Assembly: GCA_964494475.1 (NCBI GenBank)
Contig: CAZBRS010000003.1
Location: 3,035-67,034, forward strand
Direction of reading: 5' to 3'
DNA length: 64,000 nt
Origin: an uncultured Myxococcales bacterium
Lineage (GTDB): Bacteria; Myxococcota_A; UBA9042; CAZBRS01
Below, one piece after another: positions 48,511-57,955 of this stretch (the stretch's first letter is position 1; the number at the start of each line of letters is the position of its first letter). The position numbers and the translations under genes were made by a program. The notes below the pieces were generated by a model that was not told the origin of the DNA, made no database searches, and was given only the letters and a program-made list of their open reading frames with translations.

Positions 48511-49976
48511 CGTTTCTTGACGATCTCCTCGCCGCACTCTCCTCTGGACAACCCCTCCTCGCCATCGCCACACGCGAGCCGGAGCGGCTCGAAGACGTAC
48601 TCGCCGCGCACGCCCGCCAGGAGGGACGCACGCTCGAGCGCGTGGTGCTGACCGGCGCCGACGAGGCGATCAACCGACGAACCCTGCACGCGTGGCTCGA
48701 CCACGCGGCCCAGGTCCCCGACGGCGCGTGGGTGCTGATGCCCGACGTCCTCGGTTACCTGGCTGCCTCCGGCACGCGGCGCCGCCTGCTCGACCTCGAG
48801 CCCACGCTCCGCGCCCGGGGCATCGCCGTGCTGTTCCCCGCCGAGTTCGGTGGCGTGCCCGAGGCGCTGGCGGGGCGCATCGCGAGCCTCGACTTCCCGC
48901 TGCCCGACGAGGCCGAGCGCCGCGCTTTGCTGGCGGCGGTGCCCGGGCCGAACGGCGCCCCGTGGGAGGCCGAGGTCCTCGAAGCCCTGGCCGCCCTGCT
49001 GGCCGGGCTCACGGCGGCCGAGCTCGAGCGCGTGGCCACGCGGGTGGCGCGGCGGGGCGGGGCCCGCGACGCGGTGGTCGAAGAGACCCGGCGCCTGAAG
49101 GCCGACCTGGTCCGTCGCACGCGCTCGCTCGAGGTGCGCTATCCCGCCGAGACGCTGTCCGACGTCGGCGGCCTCGATCTGCTGAAGGGCTGGCTCGTGC
49201 GCCGCAAGCGCGCGTTCCTGCCCGAGGCCCGCCGCTTCGGCCTGCCCGAACCGCGCGGCCTCTTCCTGTTCGGCGTGCAGGGCTGCGGCAAGAGCCTGGC
49301 CGCCAAGGTGCTGTCGTCGGTGTTCGAGTTGCCGCTCCTCCGGCTCGACTTCATGGCGCTGTTCGGCTCGGGGGCCTCGCCCGAAGCCGGCCTCGGCGAG
49401 GTGCTGCGCACCTGCGACGCCATGGCGCCGGTCGTGCTGTGGATCGACGAGATCGACAAGCTGTTCACAGGCTCCGGAGCCGCCGACGCGCAGGCGCTGG
49501 CCCGCGTGCTCGCCGGCTTCCTCACCTGGATGCAGGAGCGCCGCACCCCCGTGTTCGTGGTGGCCACCGCCAACGCCGTCGAGCGCCTCCCCCCTGAGTT
49601 GCTGCGCAAGGGCCGCTTCGACGACATCTTCTTCCTCGACCTGCCCGGCGTGTTCGAGCGCGAGGAGATCCTGCGCATCCACCTGGCCCGCCGCGCCCGC
49701 GACCCGCAGGCCTTCGACGTGACCGCCCTCTCCCGCCGCGCCGCGTACTTCTCGGGCGCCGAGCTCGAGCAGGTGGTGGTGGGCGGCCTCTACCGCGCCT
49801 TCGAGGCGGGCCGCGACCTCGAGGGCGCCGACCTCGACGCCGAGATCGCGGCCACCGTGCCCCTCTACACCACGGCCGAGGCCAGCGTGAAGGCCCTGCG
49901 CGAGTTCGCGCGCACACGCGCCCGCCCGGCCACCTCGGCCACCGACGTGCTCGACCTGTTCCGACGCAAGTCGTAG
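48507..49976 (+). CDS. Ycf46-like AAA+ ATPase (probable CTG start at 48507; first canonical start is 48642)
   Basis: DVGGLDLLKGWL, GVQGCGKS, WIDEIDK, LTWMQE, ATAN...LPPELLRKGRFD; the frame continues upstream as TFLDDL...PLLAIATREPER. Confidence 0.85.
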   Translation: MTFLDDLLAALSSGQPLLAIATREPERLEDVLAAHARQEGRTLERVVLTGADEAINRRTLHAWLDHAAQVPDGAWVLMPDVLGYLAASGTRRRLLDLEPTLRARGIAVLFPAEFGGVPEALAGRIASLDFPLPDEAERRALLAAVPGPNGAPWEAEVLEALAALLAGLTAAELERVATRVARRGGARDAVVEETRRLKADLVRRTRSLEVRYPAETLSDVGGLDLLKGWLVRRKRAFLPEARRFGLPEPRGLFLFGVQGCGKSLAAKVLSSVFELPLLRLDFMALFGSGASPEAGLGEVLRTCDAMAPVVLWIDEIDKLFTGSGAADAQALARVLAGFLTWMQERRTPVFVVATANAVERLPPELLRKGRFDDIFFLDLPGVFEREEILRIHLARRARDPQAFDVTALSRRAAYFSGAELEQVVVGGLYRAFEAGRDLEGADLDAEIAATVPLYTTAEASVKALREFARTRARPATSATDVLDLFRRKS

Positions 49977-49987
49977 CGAGCCGCCCC

Positions 49988-50785
49988 CTACCGGTGCGGA
50001 ATGCGCGACCCGATCAGGTGCACCAGCCAGCTCATGTGGCGGCCGAGGAAGGCGCCCAGGTGGCCGTGGCCGGTGAAGACGAACTCGCGCTTGCGCTTGA
50101 GGATGGCGCGGGCCATCACGCGCGCAGCGCGGTCGGTGGGCCAGACCAGCGCCTTGGGGCGGGGGTCGCGGTACTCGGGGTGGTAGCGTCCCTGGTTGTC
50201 GACCTTCACGATGTCGGAGGTCACGAAGCCGGGCTCGATCAGGGTGCAGGTCACGCCCGAGCCGTGCAGCTCCTGGGCCAGCGTGAGGCCGATGGCGCGC
50301 ACGGCGAACTTCGAGGCGGCGTAGGCGCCGGTGCCCGGCAGGCAGATGATTCCGCTCACGCTGCCCACCAGCGCGAGGCGGCCCGCGGTCTTCTGCAGCT
50401 CGGGCAGGGCCCAGCGCGCGGTGTTGACCACGCCGAACAGGTTCGCGTCCATCTGGCGGCGCCACTCGGCGTCGGACAGCTTGTCGATGCGGCCCGCCAC
50501 GCCCACGCCGGCGTTGGCCACGGCCACGTCGAGGTGGCCGAAGTGCGCGACCACCACCGAGGCGGCGTCACGCACCTGCTCGTCGACCGCCACGTCGCAG
50601 GGCACGGCCAAGCCCGTGCGCCCCAGCGCCGAGATCTCGGCAATGACCTCCTCGAGCTTGTCGAGCCGCCGGCCGCTCACGGCCACGTCGGCGCCCTGGC
50701 GCGCGAGCTCGAGCGCGAGCGCCCGCCCGAGCCCGCTGCCCGCGCCCGTGATCCACGCCACCTGGCCCTCGAAGCCCTTCGCCAT
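49988..50785 (-). CDS. Short-chain dehydrogenase/reductase
   Basis: Start MAKGFEG after GGGAGG; TGAGSGLG, NAG, YAASK, EPG. Confidence 0.9.
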   Translation of the reverse strand: MAKGFEGQVAWITGAGSGLGRALALELARQGADVAVSGRRLDKLEEVIAEISALGRTGLAVPCDVAVDEQVRDAASVVVAHFGHLDVAVANAGVGVAGRIDKLSDAEWRRQMDANLFGVVNTARWALPELQKTAGRLALVGSVSGIICLPGTGAYAASKFAVRAIGLTLAQELHGSGVTCTLIEPGFVTSDIVKVDNQGRYHPEYRDPRPKALVWPTDRAARVMARAILKRKREFVFTGHGHLGAFLGRHMSWLVHLIGSRIPHR

Positions 50786-50883
50786 CGTCGATCCCTCCCG
50801 CCCGTCAGCGCTCGTCCGCGCGTCAGAACGTACGCCACTCGCTGGCGGTCGGCAACAGGCTCGCATTTGGGCGCCTCGAAGCC

Positions 50884-50913
50884 TTGACAACCCTCGCGCG
50901 CACGCGATATGAC
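50884..50913 (+). promoter_or_regulatory. Putative promoter of the oxidoreductase operon (probably leaderless)
   Basis: TTGACA-N18-TATGAC; ATG 8 nt downstream; no SD. Confidence 0.5.
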
Positions 50914-50921
50914 CGCCCCGC

Positions 50922-51695
50922 ATGAAGACGCCCGCCTCCGAAGACGGCCTCGTTCCTCTCGCGCGCATCGCGATCGTCACCGGCAACTACGGCAGCGGCA
51001 AGACCGAGGTCAGCGTCAACTGGGTGCTGCACCTGGCGCGAATCGGCATACCCGGGCTCAGCATCGCCGACCTCGACGTCGTGAACCCGTACTTCCGCTG
51101 CCGCGAGGCCGGCGAGCTCATGACCGCTGCCGGCGTGCGCGTCATCGCGCCCCCGGGCGAGCAGCTCCACGCTGAGTTGCCCATCCTCCTGCCCGAGATC
51201 AAGGGCCTGCTGCAGCGTCCCGACGGCACCGCCGTGCTCGACGTGGGCGGCGACGACGTTGGGGCGCGGGTGCTGGCCAGCTACACGGGCTTCGTGGCCG
51301 CCCACGAGATGCTGCAGGTCGTGAACGCCTACCGCCCGTTCACCGACACGGTGGCCGGAGCCTGCCGCATCGCCGAAGAGATCGAGGCGGCGGCGCGCCT
51401 GCGCATGACGGGCGTGATCTCGAACGCCCACCTGCAGGACGAGACCACGATCGACGTGCTCCTGAAGGGCGCCGACCTCGCGCGCCGCGTGGCCGAGGCG
51501 CGGGGCCTGCCGCTGCGATTCGTGACGGCGCCGCGCGAACTGGCGACCCAGGTCGCGGCGCGCCTGCAGGAGCCGGTGCTGCCCATCGACCGGCACATGC
51601 TCCCGCCCTGGAAGCGCGACACGACGACCACGAAGCGGGGCCAGGACCGCTGGCAGGCGCTCACGGAGGCCTGGAGACCCGACCCGAACGGCTAG
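50922..51695 (+). CDS. CobQ/MinD/ParA-like P-loop NTPase associated with vor operons
   Basis: GNYGSGKTE, DLDVVNPYFR, DVGGDDVGA, VNAYRP. Confidence 0.85.
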   Translation: MKTPASEDGLVPLARIAIVTGNYGSGKTEVSVNWVLHLARIGIPGLSIADLDVVNPYFRCREAGELMTAAGVRVIAPPGEQLHAELPILLPEIKGLLQRPDGTAVLDVGGDDVGARVLASYTGFVAAHEMLQVVNAYRPFTDTVAGACRIAEEIEAAARLRMTGVISNAHLQDETTIDVLLKGADLARRVAEARGLPLRFVTAPRELATQVAARLQEPVLPIDRHMLPPWKRDTTTTKRGQDRWQALTEAWRPDPNG

Positions 51696-51729
51696 AGATT
51701 GGGCGGCGCGGGCCGCCCGGGAGGCACGG

Positions 51730-51963
51730 ATGCCCCAGGTGCTGATCGACCGGAACCGCTGCAAGGGCTGCGAGCTCTGCGTGCAGGCCTGCCCGCAGCG
51801 GGTGCTGGCCATGTCGAAGGCCATCAACGAGAAGGGCTACTTCTTCGCCGAGGTGGTGCGCGGCGAGCGCTGCATCGGATGCCGGCTCTGCGGCATCACG
51901 TGCCCCGACCTGGCGGTCACGATCGGCCTGCACGGTTGCCGTTACAGCTACTTCGAATACTGA
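51730..51963 (+). CDS. 2[4Fe-4S] ferredoxin, delta subunit of 2-oxoacid:ferredoxin oxidoreductase
   Basis: CKGCELCVQACP and CIGCRLCGITCPD; NEKGY. Confidence 0.92.
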   Translation: MPQVLIDRNRCKGCELCVQACPQRVLAMSKAINEKGYFFAEVVRGERCIGCRLCGITCPDLAVTIGLHGCRYSYFEY

Positions 51964-51971
51964 GGGTTCCC

Positions 51972-53045
51972 ATGGCCAAGATGCTCATGAAGGGTGCGGA
52001 GGCGATCGGCGAGGCGGCGGTGCGCGCGGGCGCCGAGGCGTACTTCGCCTACCCCATCACCCCCCAGACCGAGGTGGCCGAGTACCTGGCGCGCCGCATG
52101 CCAGAGGCGGGCGGCGTGTTCCTGCAGGCCGAGAGCGAGGTCGCCGCCAGCCAGATGATCTTCGGCGCGGCCGCCGCCGGGGCCCGCGTGTTCACGAGCT
52201 CGTCGAGCCCGGGCATCAGCCTGATGGCCGAGGCCATCAGCTATCTGGCCGGCGCGCAGCTGCCGGCCGTGCTCATCAACATCATGCGCGGCGGCCCGGG
52301 CCTCGGCGGCATTTTACCCAGCCAGGCCGACTACTTCCAGGCCACCAAGGGCGGCGGGCACGGCGACTACCGTTGCCTGGTGCTCGCGCCGGCCACGATC
52401 CAGGAGACGGTCGACCTCACGTTCGAGGCCTTCCGCCTGGCCGACAAGTACCGCAACCCCATCATGCTGGTGGGCGACGGGCTGATCGGCCAGATGATGG
52501 AGCCCGTCGACTTCGGGGGCCGCGAGGCGCCCCCGCGCGGCGACATCTCGACGTGGGCGACCACCGGCTGCAAGGGCCGCAAGCCCCACATCGTGCACAG
52601 CCTCTTCCTCGACCCCCTGAAGCTCGAGGTGAACAACCACGAGCTCCAGGCCAAGTACGACCAGATGAAGCGCGAGGAGATCCGCTTCGAGACCTACCAG
52701 GTCGACGACGAGCCCGAGCTGCTCATGGTGGCCTACGGGACCACCGCGCGCATCGCTCGCACCGTGGTCGACGACCTGCGCGCCGCCGGGAAGAAGGTCG
52801 GCATGTTCCGGCCCATCACGCTCTACCCCTTCCCCGAGGCCGAACTGCGCGCGGTGGCGGCGCAGCCGGGGGTCCGGCAGCTGCTGGTGGTCGAGATGAG
52901 CATGGGCCAGATGCTCGAAGACGTCGAGCGCGTCACGCGAGCGGCCAAGCCCATCTCCTTCTTCGGGCGCTGCGGCGGCATCGTGCCGAGCCCCGAGGAG
53001 GTGCTCGACGCCGCCTCGAAGCTCCTGAACGGAGGCGCCCGATGA
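51972..53045 (+). CDS. vorB: 2-oxoacid:ferredoxin oxidoreductase alpha subunit (VorB-type, 2-oxoisovalerate)
   Basis: YPITPQTE, QAESE, TSSSSPGISL, RGGPGLG, GGGHGDY, VEMSMGQM. Confidence 0.9.
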   Translation: MAKMLMKGAEAIGEAAVRAGAEAYFAYPITPQTEVAEYLARRMPEAGGVFLQAESEVAASQMIFGAAAAGARVFTSSSSPGISLMAEAISYLAGAQLPAVLINIMRGGPGLGGILPSQADYFQATKGGGHGDYRCLVLAPATIQETVDLTFEAFRLADKYRNPIMLVGDGLIGQMMEPVDFGGREAPPRGDISTWATTGCKGRKPHIVHSLFLDPLKLEVNNHELQAKYDQMKREEIRFETYQVDDEPELLMVAYGTTARIARTVVDDLRAAGKKVGMFRPITLYPFPEAELRAVAAQPGVRQLLVVEMSMGQMLEDVERVTRAAKPISFFGRCGGIVPSPEEVLDAASKLLNGGAR

Positions 53046-53794
53046 CGCTGCAGACCGTATTCGAACGTCCCGAGGCCCTGCGTGACGTGGTCACCCACTA
53101 CTGCCCCGGCTGCACCCACGGGATCATCCACCGCCTGGTGGCCGAGGTGCTCGACGAGCTCGGCGTCCGCGAGACCGCGGTGGGCATCGGCCCGGTGGGT
53201 TGCTCGGTGCTCATCTACAACTACTTCAACTGCGACTTCCAGGAGGCCGCCCACGGGCGCGCCCCAGCGGTGGCCACGGGCGTGAAGCGCGTACGCCCCG
53301 ACCTCACCGTGTTCACCTACCAGGGCGACGGCGACCTCGCGTCGATCGGCATGGGCGAGATCATCCACGCGGCCAACCGCGGCGAGAAGATCACGACCAT
53401 CTTCGTGAACAACGCCATCTACGGCATGACGGGCGGCCAGATGGCGCCCACCACGTTGCCCGACCAGGTGACCAGCACCAGCCCCCTGGGGCGCGACGTC
53501 ACGCAGGTCGGCTGGCCCATCCCCATGGCCGAGCTCATCTCGCAACTGCGCACGCCCGCGTACGTGGCGCGCGTGTCGAGCCACACGCCGCTGCACGCGG
53601 TCAAAGCCAAGGCAGCCATCAAGCGCGCCTTCACGCTGCAGCAGCAGAAGCGCTGTTACAGCTTCGTCGAGGTGCTGTCGACCTGCCCCACCAACTGGGG
53701 CAAGACGCCCACCGAGTCCACCAAGTGGCTCGAGCAGGCGATGATCCCGTACTACCCGCTGGGCGTGAAAAAGGACCCGGACCGTCCGGCGTGA
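53042..53794 (+). CDS. 2-oxoacid:ferredoxin oxidoreductase beta (TPP-binding) subunit
   Basis: HYCPGCTHG, PVGC, HGRA, YQGDGD, NNAIYGMTGGQ, STCPTNWG; ATGA overlap. Confidence 0.92.
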   Translation: MTLQTVFERPEALRDVVTHYCPGCTHGIIHRLVAEVLDELGVRETAVGIGPVGCSVLIYNYFNCDFQEAAHGRAPAVATGVKRVRPDLTVFTYQGDGDLASIGMGEIIHAANRGEKITTIFVNNAIYGMTGGQMAPTTLPDQVTSTSPLGRDVTQVGWPIPMAELISQLRTPAYVARVSSHTPLHAVKAKAAIKRAFTLQQQKRCYSFVEVLSTCPTNWGKTPTESTKWLEQAMIPYYPLGVKKDPDRPA

Positions 53795-53816
53795 CCCGAG
53801 CAGGGGGAGGAGAACC

Positions 53817-54371
53817 ATGGTCTACGAGGTGACCTTCGCCGGGTTCGGCGGGCAGGGCATCATGACCGGCGGCAAGCTGCTGGCGCTGGCCGCCATGGCC
53901 GAGGGCAAGGAGGTCTGCTGGATCCCCAGCTACGGCCCCGAGATGCGCGGCGGCACGGCCTACTGCACCGTGGTGATGGCCGACCGGCCCATCGGCTCGC
54001 CCATCGTGAACTCGCCCCAGTGCGCGGTGGCCATGAACCGGCCGAGCCTCGACAAGTTCGCGCCCATGGTGCGCCCGGGCGGATTGCTCGTCATCAACTC
54101 GAGCCTCATCGACGTCACGTCGGAGCGCACCGACCTCCGCCAGGTGCTGGTGCCCTGCAACGATCTGGCCATGAAGTACGACACGGCGCGCTCGGCCAAC
54201 ATCGCCATGCTGGGGGCGTTCGTGGCCGCCAGCGGCGCGGTCAGCCTGCAGGCCCAGCGCGACCTCCTGAAATACCAGTTCGGCAAGAAGCCCAAGGTGC
54301 TCGAGGCCGTCATGAACGTGTTCGAGGCAGGCGTGGCGGCTGCCCTGGAGAGCAAGGAGGCCGTAGCATGA
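53817..54371 (+). CDS. 2-oxoacid:ferredoxin oxidoreductase gamma subunit
   Basis: AGFGGQG, SYGPEMRGGTA, NIAMLGA. Confidence 0.92.
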   Translation: MVYEVTFAGFGGQGIMTGGKLLALAAMAEGKEVCWIPSYGPEMRGGTAYCTVVMADRPIGSPIVNSPQCAVAMNRPSLDKFAPMVRPGGLLVINSSLIDVTSERTDLRQVLVPCNDLAMKYDTARSANIAMLGAFVAASGAVSLQAQRDLLKYQFGKKPKVLEAVMNVFEAGVAAALESKEAVA

Positions 54372-54871
54372 GCGCGCTCGCAGCGACCCCCCTCGATCTC
54401 TCCGGGCTCGCGCCCATCCTGGCGCGCTACCCGGCCGACCGCCGCAGCCTCGTGATGGTGCTGCAGGACGTGCAGGCGGCCTACCACTACCTGCCCCGCG
54501 AGGCCCTGGAGGCGGTGGCGACCCACCTGGCCGTGCCCCGCTCGCACGTGTACCACGTGGCCACCTTCTACAAGCACTTCAGCCTCACGCCCCGGGGCGC
54601 GCACACGTGCACCGTGTGCCTGGGCACCGCCTGCCACGTGCGCGGCGCCGGGCTGCTGGTCGACCACCTCGAGCGGCGCACGGGGGTCAAGGCCGGCGGC
54701 ACCACCCCCGACGGGCTCTTGACCGTCGAGACCGTCAACTGCGTGGGTGCCTGCGCCCTCGGCCCCGTGGTCATCGTCGACGGCGAGTACGTGGGGTCGG
54801 CCACCGCGCGCAAGGTCGACCGGGCGTTGAAGCCCATCCTGGGCGGCGACGGCAAGGAGGAGCAGGAATGA
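54368..54871 (+). CDS. NuoE/HydC-like [2Fe-2S] subunit
   Basis: VATFY, CLGTAC, CVGAC.LGP; ATGA overlap. Confidence 0.9.
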   Translation: MSALAATPLDLSGLAPILARYPADRRSLVMVLQDVQAAYHYLPREALEAVATHLAVPRSHVYHVATFYKHFSLTPRGAHTCTVCLGTACHVRGAGLLVDHLERRTGVKAGGTTPDGLLTVETVNCVGACALGPVVIVDGEYVGSATARKVDRALKPILGGDGKEEQE

Positions 54872-56769
54872 GCGAGCGCATCCCGAACCTCGCGGCGCTC
54901 GAGGCCTGGCGCGCCAGGCTGGCGGCCGCTCACGACCCGAACCGGAAGGCCATCGCCATCTGCGCCGGCACCGGCTGCAAGGCCTACGGCAGCGACAAGC
55001 TCGCCGCGGCCTTCCGCACGGCCGTGGCCGAGCGCGGACTGGACGTGGAGGTCCGCGCCACGGGCTGCCACGGATTCTGCGAACGCGGGCCCCTGGTGGT
55101 AATCTATCCGTCGATGATCTTCTACCAGGAGGTCGGCCGAAAGAACCTCGCGAAGGACGTGGCCGAGATCCTGGACAAGACCGTGGCGGCCGCGCCCGGC
55201 GTCGAGCAGATCGTCGAGAGGCTCCAGTTCAAGGCTCCCGACGGCCGGGCGGTCGTCCACGAGCACGACGTACCCTTCTACAAGCACCAGCAGCGCCTGA
55301 TCCTGTCGTTCAACGGCAAGATCGACCCCGAGAGCCTGGCCGACTACGTGGCCAACGGCGGCTACCGCGCGCTGGCCAAGGCCCTCGGCGACCTGAGCCC
55401 CGAGCAGGTGCTGGCCGAGGTCGAGGCCTCGGGCCTGCGCGGCCGGGGCGGCGCCGGCTTCCCCACGGGGCGCAAGTGGCGCTTCACGCGCGACGCCGTG
55501 GCCCCGCTGGTCGACGGCCTGCCCACGAAGTACGTGGTCTGCAACGCCGACGAGGGCGACCCGGGCGCGTTCATGGACCGCTCGGTGCTCGAGGGCAACC
55601 CCCACGGCGTGCTCGAGGGGCTGCTCCTGGGAGCCTACGCCATCGGCGCGCGCGAGGGCTACGTCTACGTGCGCAACGAGTACCCCCTGGCGGTCAAGCG
55701 GCTCGCCAAGGCCATCGCCGACGCCCACGCGGCGGGCCTGCTCGGCGCCGACATCCTCGGCACGGGCTTCGCCTTCGATCTGCACGTCACGCGCGGCGCG
55801 GGCGCCTTCGTGTGCGGCGAGGAGACCGCGCTCATCGGCTCGGTCGAGGGCAACAAGGGCCAGCCGCGCTTCCGCCCGCCCTACCCGGCGGTCAGCGGCC
55901 TCTGGGGCTGCCCCACCAACATCAACAACGTCGAGACCTGGGTCAACGTACCGCTCATCGTCGACCGAGGCGCGGCCTGGTTCGCGGGCATCGGCACCGC
56001 GGGCTCGAAGGGCACCAAGATCTTCAGCCTGGTCGGCAAGGTGAACAACACCGGCCTGGTCGAGGTGCCCATGGGCACCAGCCTGCGCCACATCGTCGAG
56101 CACATCGGCGGCGGCATCAAGGACGGCCGGGCCTTCAAGGCCGTGCAGACCGGCGGGCCCTCGGGGGGCTGCCTGCCCGAATCGAGGCTCGATCTCGAGG
56201 TCGACTTCGACACCCTGACCGCAGCGGGCTCCATGATGGGCTCGGGCGGCATGATCGTCATGGACGACCGCACCTGCATGGTCGACGTGGCGCGCTACTT
56301 CATCGACTTCCTGATCCAGGAGTCCTGCGGCAAGTGCACGCCCTGCCGCGACGGGCTCATCCAGATGGGCCACCTCATGCACGACGTGGTCGAGGGACGC
56401 GGCACCCACGCCACGCTCGCGCGGCTCGAGGCCCTGGCGCCTGTCGTGCGCGAGGCCAGCCTCTGCGCCCTCGGCCAGACCGCGCCGAACCCGGTGCTCT
56501 CGACCTTGAAGTACTTCCGCCACGAGTACCTGGCCCACATCGACCACAAGCAGTGCCCGGCGGGCGTCTGCAAGGCGCTCATCACCTACCGCATCACCGA
56601 CCGCTGCACGGGCTGCACCATCTGCGCCACCCAGTGCCCCGAGAAGGTGATCACCGGCGAGAAGAAGGCGCTGCACCTCATCGACGAGGCGCGCTGCACG
56701 CGGTGTGGCGTGTGCCACTCGGTCTGCACGTTCGACGCCATCGACGTGCTGCCAGGGAGGACGGCATGA
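54868..56769 (+). CDS. NuoF/HydB-like FMN/NAD-binding subunit with N-terminal [2Fe-2S] and C-terminal 2[4Fe-4S] domains
   Basis: CAGTGC/CHGFC, GRGGAGFPTG, NADEGDPGAFMDR, CGEETAL, GGPSGG, ESCGKCTPC, HIDHKQCPAGVC, CTGCTIC/CTRCGVC. Confidence 0.93.
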   Translation: MSERIPNLAALEAWRARLAAAHDPNRKAIAICAGTGCKAYGSDKLAAAFRTAVAERGLDVEVRATGCHGFCERGPLVVIYPSMIFYQEVGRKNLAKDVAEILDKTVAAAPGVEQIVERLQFKAPDGRAVVHEHDVPFYKHQQRLILSFNGKIDPESLADYVANGGYRALAKALGDLSPEQVLAEVEASGLRGRGGAGFPTGRKWRFTRDAVAPLVDGLPTKYVVCNADEGDPGAFMDRSVLEGNPHGVLEGLLLGAYAIGAREGYVYVRNEYPLAVKRLAKAIADAHAAGLLGADILGTGFAFDLHVTRGAGAFVCGEETALIGSVEGNKGQPRFRPPYPAVSGLWGCPTNINNVETWVNVPLIVDRGAAWFAGIGTAGSKGTKIFSLVGKVNNTGLVEVPMGTSLRHIVEHIGGGIKDGRAFKAVQTGGPSGGCLPESRLDLEVDFDTLTAAGSMMGSGGMIVMDDRTCMVDVARYFIDFLIQESCGKCTPCRDGLIQMGHLMHDVVEGRGTHATLARLEALAPVVREASLCALGQTAPNPVLSTLKYFRHEYLAHIDHKQCPAGVCKALITYRITDRCTGCTICATQCPEKVITGEKKALHLIDEARCTRCGVCHSVCTFDAIDVLPGRTA

Positions 56770-57536
56770 TCCTGACCATCAACGGACGTCCGCTGGCCGC
56801 GAGGCCGGGCGAGACGCTGCTGCAGGTGGCCCGACGGGCGGGCATCGACCTGCCCACGCTCTGCTACCACGAGGGGCTCGAGCCCTGGGGCGGCTGCCGG
56901 CTGTGCGTGGTCGAGATACGCCGCCGGCCCGACGAGGCTCCCAAGGTGGTGCCCAGTTGCCTGCAGGCGGCCGAGGACGGGCTGCGCGTCGAGACGCACA
57001 CCGAGAACCTGCTGCGCATCCGCGCCACGCTGCTCGACCTGCTGCTCACCCGCGCGCCCGACTCCGAGCTCATTCGCAAGCTGGCGCTCGATCACGGCGT
57101 GGGCGACGGCACCTTCGTGCCCGAGGCCGAGCCCACGAACTGCATCCTGTGCACGCTCTGCACGCGCGCCTGCGCCGCCGTCGGCGCCCACGCCATCAGC
57201 ACGGCCGGCCGCGGCGCCGAGGGCGAGATCAGCCTGCCCTTCGTCGACGACGCGTCGGCCTGCGTGGGCTGCGGCTCCTGCGCCGCCGTCTGCCCCACCG
57301 GCTGCATCGAACTGAAGGACGAGGGCCTCACCCGCACCATCTGGGGACGTACGTTCGAGCGCGTGCCCTGCGAGGTCACCGGCCGACCCACGCTCACGCG
57401 CGAGCACGCCGCGCTGCTCTCGAAGCGCACGGGGCTGCCCGAAGACAGCTTCTTCGTCACCGACGAGGGCCGCCGCCGCCAGACCGCCGACACCATCGCG
57501 GCCCTGGTGGGCGTGGGCGACGGGAGGGCGGCATGA
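56766..57536 (+). CDS. NuoG/HydA N-terminal-like Fe-S subunit with no catalytic domain
   Basis: PTLC..GGCRLC..PSC [2Fe-2S]; CILCTLCTRAC and CVGCGSCAAVCP; about 256 aa; no H-cluster or Mo-bisPGD domain. Confidence 0.88.
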   Translation: MILTINGRPLAARPGETLLQVARRAGIDLPTLCYHEGLEPWGGCRLCVVEIRRRPDEAPKVVPSCLQAAEDGLRVETHTENLLRIRATLLDLLLTRAPDSELIRKLALDHGVGDGTFVPEAEPTNCILCTLCTRACAAVGAHAISTAGRGAEGEISLPFVDDASACVGCGSCAAVCPTGCIELKDEGLTRTIWGRTFERVPCEVTGRPTLTREHAALLSKRTGLPEDSFFVTDEGRRRQTADTIAALVGVGDGRAA

Positions 57537-57934
57537 AACAACTGGTCGTCACCCCCATCCGCTGCATCGGCTGCCGCACCTGCGAGATCGCCTGCGCCTT
57601 CTCGCACCCCGCGGGAAAGACCCCCGGTCGCTCGCGCATCCGCGCCTTCCCCATCCGTCCGCCGGAGGGGGGCCTCCCCGTGGTGTGCCTGCAGTGCGAC
57701 AGCGCGGCCTGCGCCATGGTCTGCCCCACCAAAGCGCTCACGCGGAACGAAACCACCGGCGCCATCGACTACCACGACGAGCGCTGCATCCACTGCAAGG
57801 CCTGCGTGGCCGCCTGCCCCTTCGGCAACATCGGCTACGACGACGCCACCCGCCGCTGCTTCAAATGCGACCTCTGCGGCGGCGACCCCCAGTGCGCCAA
57901 GTACTGCCCGAGCGGGGCGCTCGAGTTCGTGTAG
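57533..57934 (+). CDS. CooF/DmsB-like multi-[4Fe-4S] ferredoxin
   Basis: CIGCRTCEIAC, CLQC..AAC..VCP, CIHCKACVAACP, KCDLC..P.C...CP. Confidence 0.9.
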   Translation: MKQLVVTPIRCIGCRTCEIACAFSHPAGKTPGRSRIRAFPIRPPEGGLPVVCLQCDSAACAMVCPTKALTRNETTGAIDYHDERCIHCKACVAACPFGNIGYDDATRRCFKCDLCGGDPQCAKYCPSGALEFV

Positions 57935-57955
57935 CCGACGCGGGCCCGCCGAGCC

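Noticed and set aside
56695-56720. CxxCH (CGVCH) as a heme c site served by the nearby ResB/CcsA
   Set aside because: It is part of a CxxCxxCxxxC [4Fe-4S] motif in a cytoplasmic protein with no signal peptide
54368-57536. Respiratory complex I (nuoEFG) or an [FeFe]-hydrogenase
   Set aside because: No other nuo genes are present, and the A subunit is only about 256 aa with no H-cluster motifs
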